DNA from: a virus
Taxonomy: Duplodnaviria > Caudoviricetes
DNA length: 59,260 nucleotides
Virus record (IMG/VR): IMGVR_UViG_3300027741_000071
Location: 1-59,260 of that record
Direction: 5' to 3' (one strand)
Positions 55,741-59,260 of this stretch are shown in pieces (the first letter of the stretch is position 1; each line of letters starts with the position of its first letter). The notes under the pieces are model-generated. The model searched no databases. It was not told the origin of the DNA and saw only the letters and a program-made list of their open reading frames with translations. The translations under genes were made by a program, and so were the position numbers.

Positions 55741-55929
55741 TTACTCCTCGACCTGCTGTTCAAACTCAAACCAGTCGTACAGCTGGAACCAGATCTCCTT
55801 GCTGATCTCGTCCTTGATCTGCTCCTCTGTTGGTGTGTCGGTGTGCTTAAACGCACGACGGTACCCAAACTCAATACCGCTCTCGATACATGCCTCTAGG
55901 ACTTTGGATAACTTAGGCTGCATTTTCAT
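55741..55929 (-). CDS. Hypothetical early protein
   Basis: CIE.G...GY.RA.KHTD.P motif; AAGGA RBS. Confidence 0.7.
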   Translation of the reverse strand: MKMQPKLSKVLEACIESGIEFGYRRAFKHTDTPTEEQIKDEISKEIWFQLYDWFEFEQQVEE

Positions 55930-56104
55930 TTTCCTTCTTTGGTGTTACAACTGTGACTTCTTCCCACGCGGTTAAGTGTACCACGTTTCCCTCATCGTCG
56001 GTGCAGTATGAATACGCACCGTCAATGTGGTCAAAATTAAACTCTTCGCCTGTTTCCACAACACGGACACGGCTACGTCTTGGCACTTGGTACAAATACA
56101 TCAC
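55913..56104 (-). CDS. Hypothetical early protein
   Basis: F.HIDG.YSYC motif. Confidence 0.68.
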   Translation of the reverse strand: MMYLYQVPRRSRVRVVETGEEFNFDHIDGAYSYCTDDEGNVVHLTAWEEVTVVTPKKENENAA

Positions 56105-56211
56105 TCACCCCTTTTAATCGAACTAACATAAAAAATGCACACTAACATACCTAATGTTACTATGCAACCTAACGTGAAAAATAATAGCATATACGCTATG
56201 TTCTCGATCAT
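56101..56211 (-). CDS. Small single-TM protein (36 aa, not in ORF track)
   Basis: MIENIAYMLLFFTLGCIVTLGMLVCIFY...; GGAG RBS. Confidence 0.5.
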   Translation of the reverse strand: MIENIAYMLLFFTLGCIVTLGMLVCIFYVSSIKRGE

Positions 56212-56217
56212 GTGTTT

Positions 56218-56409
56218 TTACTCCTTGATTTGTTTTAAGGCCCAGTCGAGCCAGTCTTTTGCTTCCATGTCGTAGTAACCATCGGGTCCAACAGATGCCA
56301 ACTCTTCACCAAGTCTGATTGCAGCATTGCGCCATTGTTGGTTTTGATACTTGTCAGCCCACGCATTTAACTCGTCGATGGTGTACCAAGGACGCATTGT
56401 TTCACCCAT
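56218..56409 (-). CDS. Hypothetical early protein
   Basis: Overlapping gene chain. Confidence 0.62.
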   Translation of the reverse strand: MGETMRPWYTIDELNAWADKYQNQQWRNAAIRLGEELASVGPDGYYDMEAKDWLDWALKQIKE

Positions 56410-56608
56410 AGTTTTTACTCCTTAACTTTGCTTCTGTCCATTCAACAGCAAGCTCCCAAACTACCGCATCATTTGATGAAGTTGGTTTACTTGCTTCAAT
56501 TTCCTCGGCCGTCAGCCCTACCCATGGCTTACGGTACACCTGTGTGTCGTCATCGTCGTCGTCCACCCTGCGGTAGGGCGCAGTTACCCATACTTCTCGT
56601 CTAATCAT
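56402..56608 (-). CDS. Hypothetical early protein
   Basis: KPWVGLT.EEI...EAKLR.KN pattern. Confidence 0.68.
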   Translation of the reverse strand: MIRREVWVTAPYRRVDDDDDDTQVYRKPWVGLTAEEIEASKPTSSNDAVVWELAVEWTEAKLRSKNYG

Positions 56609-56984
56609 GATTACTCCATGATGTTACTACAAACTCTAACGTAAGGTATATGGTGTTATCCACGACCTGTTTACGTACCTGGAAACCGCCAGTCCCAATG
56701 GCTGTGATATCACCCTCAGCTGCCTCTTTTAACAGATTTCGTGCAACCTTACGCATATCGCCAATTGTTGGCACCCCACCGCCCCACTTCCAATCCAAGA
56801 ACTCCATGACCTTGTGTGCCTTCTCAAAGTCAAACTCGTCCATGATTTCATCAATCACGTAGGCGTCTAAGTACAAACCTAACCGTTTGTTTTCGTTGTG
56901 CAATGCCTGCAACACATACTCCTGCTTGATCTTAGACTCGCGCTCTATGCGGTTAAACTCTTCGTCTTCATAGTTCGTCATCAT
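56601..56984 (-). CDS. Hypothetical early protein
   Basis: IMDEFDFEK..KVM..LDW.W...TGGF motif. Confidence 0.7.
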   Translation of the reverse strand: MMTNYEDEEFNRIERESKIKQEYVLQALHNENKRLGLYLDAYVIDEIMDEFDFEKAHKVMEFLDWKWGGGVPTIGDMRKVARNLLKEAAEGDITAIGTGGFQVRKQVVDNTIYLTLEFVVTSWSNHD

Positions 56985-57174
56985 AGGCCTTTTCTGCGCC
57001 ACTTAGGACGCGCATACGTTCCAACAATTCACCCAAGGGCTCCAGCTTCATCACCCTAGCGCAACTCACCGCTATCGGTGCCCACATGCGTCCTGAGTCC
57101 GAACACTCTCTCATGTTCAGATAATCCTCAAAGAAAGACTTCACGCAGGCTTTTAGTTCTTCATCTTGTGTCAT
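56968..57174 (-). CDS. Hypothetical early protein (MTQDE start)
   Basis: ATGA overlap; shared 15-bp 5' end. Confidence 0.65.
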   Translation of the reverse strand: MTQDEELKACVKSFFEDYLNMRECSDSGRMWAPIAVSCARVMKLEPLGELLERMRVLSGAEKAYDDEL

Positions 57175-57428
57175 GCTTGTCCCCTTGCTCTGATTAGATT
57201 TGCTATATCAACTGCCGTTCCATTTTGACTAGGCATAGAAGTTAGAACAAAATGTGGGGCATGGCGTTTGCTTTCTGCAATTTCTGCACACGCCTCACGC
57301 TCATGCTCTGCTACCAGTTTGGCAAAGGCTTCATAGCGTTTATCAAAAGCATTTGTAGTGCCGTCATCTAATTCGTAATCAACAAAGCCAGCCTGTTTAG
57401 CCATTTCAATGATTTCATCTTGTGTCAT
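57171..57428 (-). CDS. Hypothetical early protein (MTQDE start)
   Basis: MTQDEIIEMA..AG...FAKLVA..EREACA...IRARG. Confidence 0.72.
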   Translation of the reverse strand: MTQDEIIEMAKQAGFVDYELDDGTTNAFDKRYEAFAKLVAEHEREACAEIAESKRHAPHFVLTSMPSQNGTAVDIANLIRARGQA

Positions 57429-57613
57429 GTGTTCTTCTCCTGTGGGGGCAAATGCTCAATATGGTTTTGTGTCTTCCAACCCATTGCATCAGCGTAGCCT
57501 TTCTGATACGCCGCATCGACTGCGGGCTTGAGCATATCTATCGCTGTCTCATGCAACTTTTGTTGTATCTCTAACATCTCTGTCAACTTGGCAATCATTT
57601 CATCTTGTGTCAT
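57425..57613 (-). CDS. Hypothetical early protein (MTQDE start)
   Basis: ATGA overlap; GGAG RBS. Confidence 0.65.
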   Translation of the reverse strand: MTQDEMIAKLTEMLEIQQKLHETAIDMLKPAVDAAYQKGYADAMGWKTQNHIEHLPPQEKNT

Positions 57614-57777
57614 ATTTGCTCCAGTAACTTACGCATTTTGTTACAGTCTTTTAAGACCTCCTTGGCCAAATCTTTAGCGTCCTCGTGTATGTCTGGCTCG
57701 CCCATAACACTGTTGCAACCTTCGTCCATCATCTCTAACATCAACTCAAATTTAATTCTTTGTTCGTCTGTCATCAT
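57610..57777 (-). CDS. Hypothetical early protein
   Basis: ATG 57777 with AAGGAG RBS. Confidence 0.62.
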   Translation of the reverse strand: MMTDEQRIKFELMLEMMDEGCNSVMGEPDIHEDAKDLAKEVLKDCNKMRKLLEQI

Positions 57778-57789
57778 TTTTCTCCTTTG

Positions 57790-57858
57790 TGCCCCGATCG
57801 GGGCATTTTTTGTCAGTTGATAGTGTTTTTGTGCAAATATGACCCGATCGGGGCATTT
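57790..57858. repeat. Two copies of palindrome TGCCCCGATCGGGGCA, 50 bp apart
   Basis: Perfect 16-bp palindrome at 57790-57805; 1-mismatch copy at 57840-57855; intergenic. Confidence 0.8.
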
Positions 57859-57964
57859 AATCCTCAAACAGATCATCCAGCATCTTACCACCGGCACGGA
57901 TGGCCAGGATAAATAGCAAAATGATAAGTATAATCATCGCGCCTATCAGGATTTCAATAATCAT
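57857..57964 (-). CDS. Small single-TM protein (35 aa, not in ORF track)
   Basis: MIIEILIGAMIILIILLFILAIRAGG... Confidence 0.5.
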   Translation of the reverse strand: MIIEILIGAMIILIILLFILAIRAGGKMLDDLFED

Positions 57965-58160
57965 AGGCACCACCTATCCGCAGTTTTGTATACAAAGCCG
58001 ACCCCATACACATGCCACAAATTGGCATGAAAGAACGCAGGCCGTCAGTCCATAGGGCTGGGTTGAACGACAACCCAACAAACGCACCGATCAGGTAGGC
58101 CACAAATAGGCCAACCAAGAAGGGCACCATGGCTTCCCAAAGGTAAGGTATCAATCTCAT
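57954..58160 (-). CDS. Small membrane protein
   Basis: Two hydrophobic segments; AGGAG RBS. Confidence 0.65.
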   Translation of the reverse strand: MRLIPYLWEAMVPFLVGLFVAYLIGAFVGLSFNPALWTDGLRSFMPICGMCMGSALYTKLRIGGAYDY

Positions 58161-58170
58161 CTGTCTCTCC

Positions 58171-58488
58171 TTATTTCATGTGTGGCTCTTCAGCCGTTGG
58201 GTTGCGTGGCACCGAAGTCAGGTGTGTACTACCGTCATACTCTGCCACAAAAATAACGCGCTCATTTGTCCAGACATACACGGGGTAACACTCTGCAGTG
58301 CCGTACCCGCCGTTAAACTGCCAGCCGTCCATTAGGGGCTTAGCCTCCTCCAAAGTCAGCAAGACACACTGTTTATCTTTTGGCACTGGCGCCGGCTTTG
58401 GTTCACCCCAACCCCACTCACCGAAGACAACGTAACTAACCTTTTCGTTTGGTTGCAGGAATTTCAATAGCTCTTCGTATGCATTCAT
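58171..58488 (-). CDS. Hypothetical early protein
   Basis: GYG...C.....WT..RV.F..EYDG....SVPRNP motif. Confidence 0.72.
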   Translation of the reverse strand: MNAYEELLKFLQPNEKVSYVVFGEWGWGEPKPAPVPKDKQCVLLTLEEAKPLMDGWQFNGGYGTAECYPVYVWTNERVIFVAEYDGSTHLTSVPRNPTAEEPHMK

Positions 58489-58646
58489 TTCTTATACTCC
58501 GCTTCAATGTCTTTTTGTTCCTGCAGTCCAAGGTGGAGTGCTCGCACCACCGCGGACGTCAATAACTGCTTGTGCTCATCGGCTGTCATGTCCAACACCA
58601 GAGTCACCGTGTTGTCCTCGTTCTCGATAATATCTGTAACTATCAT
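58485..58646 (-). CDS. Hypothetical early protein (53 aa, not in ORF track)
   Basis: MIVTDIIENEDNTVTLVLDM...; ATGA overlaps; GAGGA RBS. Confidence 0.62.
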   Translation of the reverse strand: MIVTDIIENEDNTVTLVLDMTADEHKQLLTSAVVRALHLGLQEQKDIEAEYKK

Positions 58647-58828
58647 AACAGTGCGTCCTCTATGTTGTTAGGGTTGAATTTTGGTAACGATAGATCGTAT
58701 GGTATCAGTTCCGTTGGGAAAGGCCAGTGTGGGTCTTTCTTCTTGAAAATTTTATCATAGTTCTCGGCGTATTTTTTGTGATCTGTTGGCCGTTGGCTGT
58801 CGCCCTTACCTGCTTCGCTTTTTTTCAT
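58643..58828 (-). CDS. Hypothetical early protein
   Basis: GKGD..RP.D..KY.ENYD.IF motif. Confidence 0.68.
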   Translation of the reverse strand: MKKSEAGKGDSQRPTDHKKYAENYDKIFKKKDPHWPFPTELIPYDLSLPKFNPNNIEDALL

Positions 58829-59046
58829 GCTCTACTCCACATTCCAAGTAAAAGTCCCCATAGCACCCCCACACAGAAGGCCATGGCCATGTGCCAAAGG
58901 TACTCGTCGTGATCCCTTGGCGTCAAACTTGGGTACTTTTCGTTGGGAAATGCCTGCTCCAAGGTGCGAGAAAACCTACGAGTTGTAGGGTTAATTTCCT
59001 CTACCCTGTCTTCTGGTACAAATGGTTGTACTACTTTAGGTTGCAT
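58825..59046 (-). CDS. Hypothetical early protein with C-terminal TM
   Basis: TTRRFSRTL.QAF motif; GGAG RBS. Confidence 0.65.
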   Translation of the reverse strand: MQPKVVQPFVPEDRVEEINPTTRRFSRTLEQAFPNEKYPSLTPRDHDEYLWHMAMAFCVGVLWGLLLGMWSRA

Positions 59047-59088
59047 TTTGTAATTTCTCCGTTAAAAATGTTACTACTTTTGTTTCGC

Positions 59089-59209
59089 TTTGTACCAGAA
59101 GACATAGAAGACACCCTTCTTTATTCTTTTTTTATTTTTTTTTTAAAATAAAAAATAAAAATAAAGGAATAGTGTAAATGACCCTGTCTTCTATGTCTTC
59201 TAGTACAAA
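59089..59209. repeat. Large inverted repeat around a T-tract/A-tract core (candidate replication origin)
   Basis: Arms at 59089-59114 and 59185-59209 enclose an almost pure A/T, partly self-complementary spacer. Confidence 0.8.
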
Positions 59210-59260
59210 CTAATCAAAATGATAACCTATTGGTATCTCTTGATGACCTGGTTAGCCCAC

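Overview
The window looks like a complete or near-complete ~59 kb genome of a tailed dsDNA phage with podovirus-type architecture. The + strand (1-41.7 kb) carries terminase, a P22-like portal, a GroES co-chaperonin, scaffold, capsid, fibres, a glycosyltransferase cluster, lysis genes, tail genes and ejection or polyvalent proteins. The - strand (41.7-59 kb) carries a family A DNA polymerase, class II RNR, SSB, a Cas4-like nuclease, a TerS-like gene, a sigma-region-4-like protein, SNF2 helicase, VRR-NUC, primase-helicase and many small early genes. No integrase, tRNA, CRISPR array or reverse transcriptase was found. The strongest unusual signals are: (1) a two-tier phage promoter code, GGGC(G/C)-N16-TGCATTAATA before virion and packaging genes versus the TTTGCATTAATA core alone before replication-side genes, together with a stand-alone sigma4-like gene; (2) a free-standing intein (Hint+LAGLIDADG) that appears doubly inactivated and sits in the usual TerS position; (3) a recurrent [FYMLHK]-x-x-G-G / YAGG peptide motif that separates the modules of a polyvalent ADP-ribosyltransferase-bearing protein and also tags several other late proteins; (4) Gly-Tyr-Ser collagen-like fibres flanking a glycosyltransferase cassette; (5) several pseudoknot-capable leader RNAs; (6) an iterated 26-bp inverted-repeat element at the window ends. 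All annotations come from reading motifs by eye; no database searches were run.
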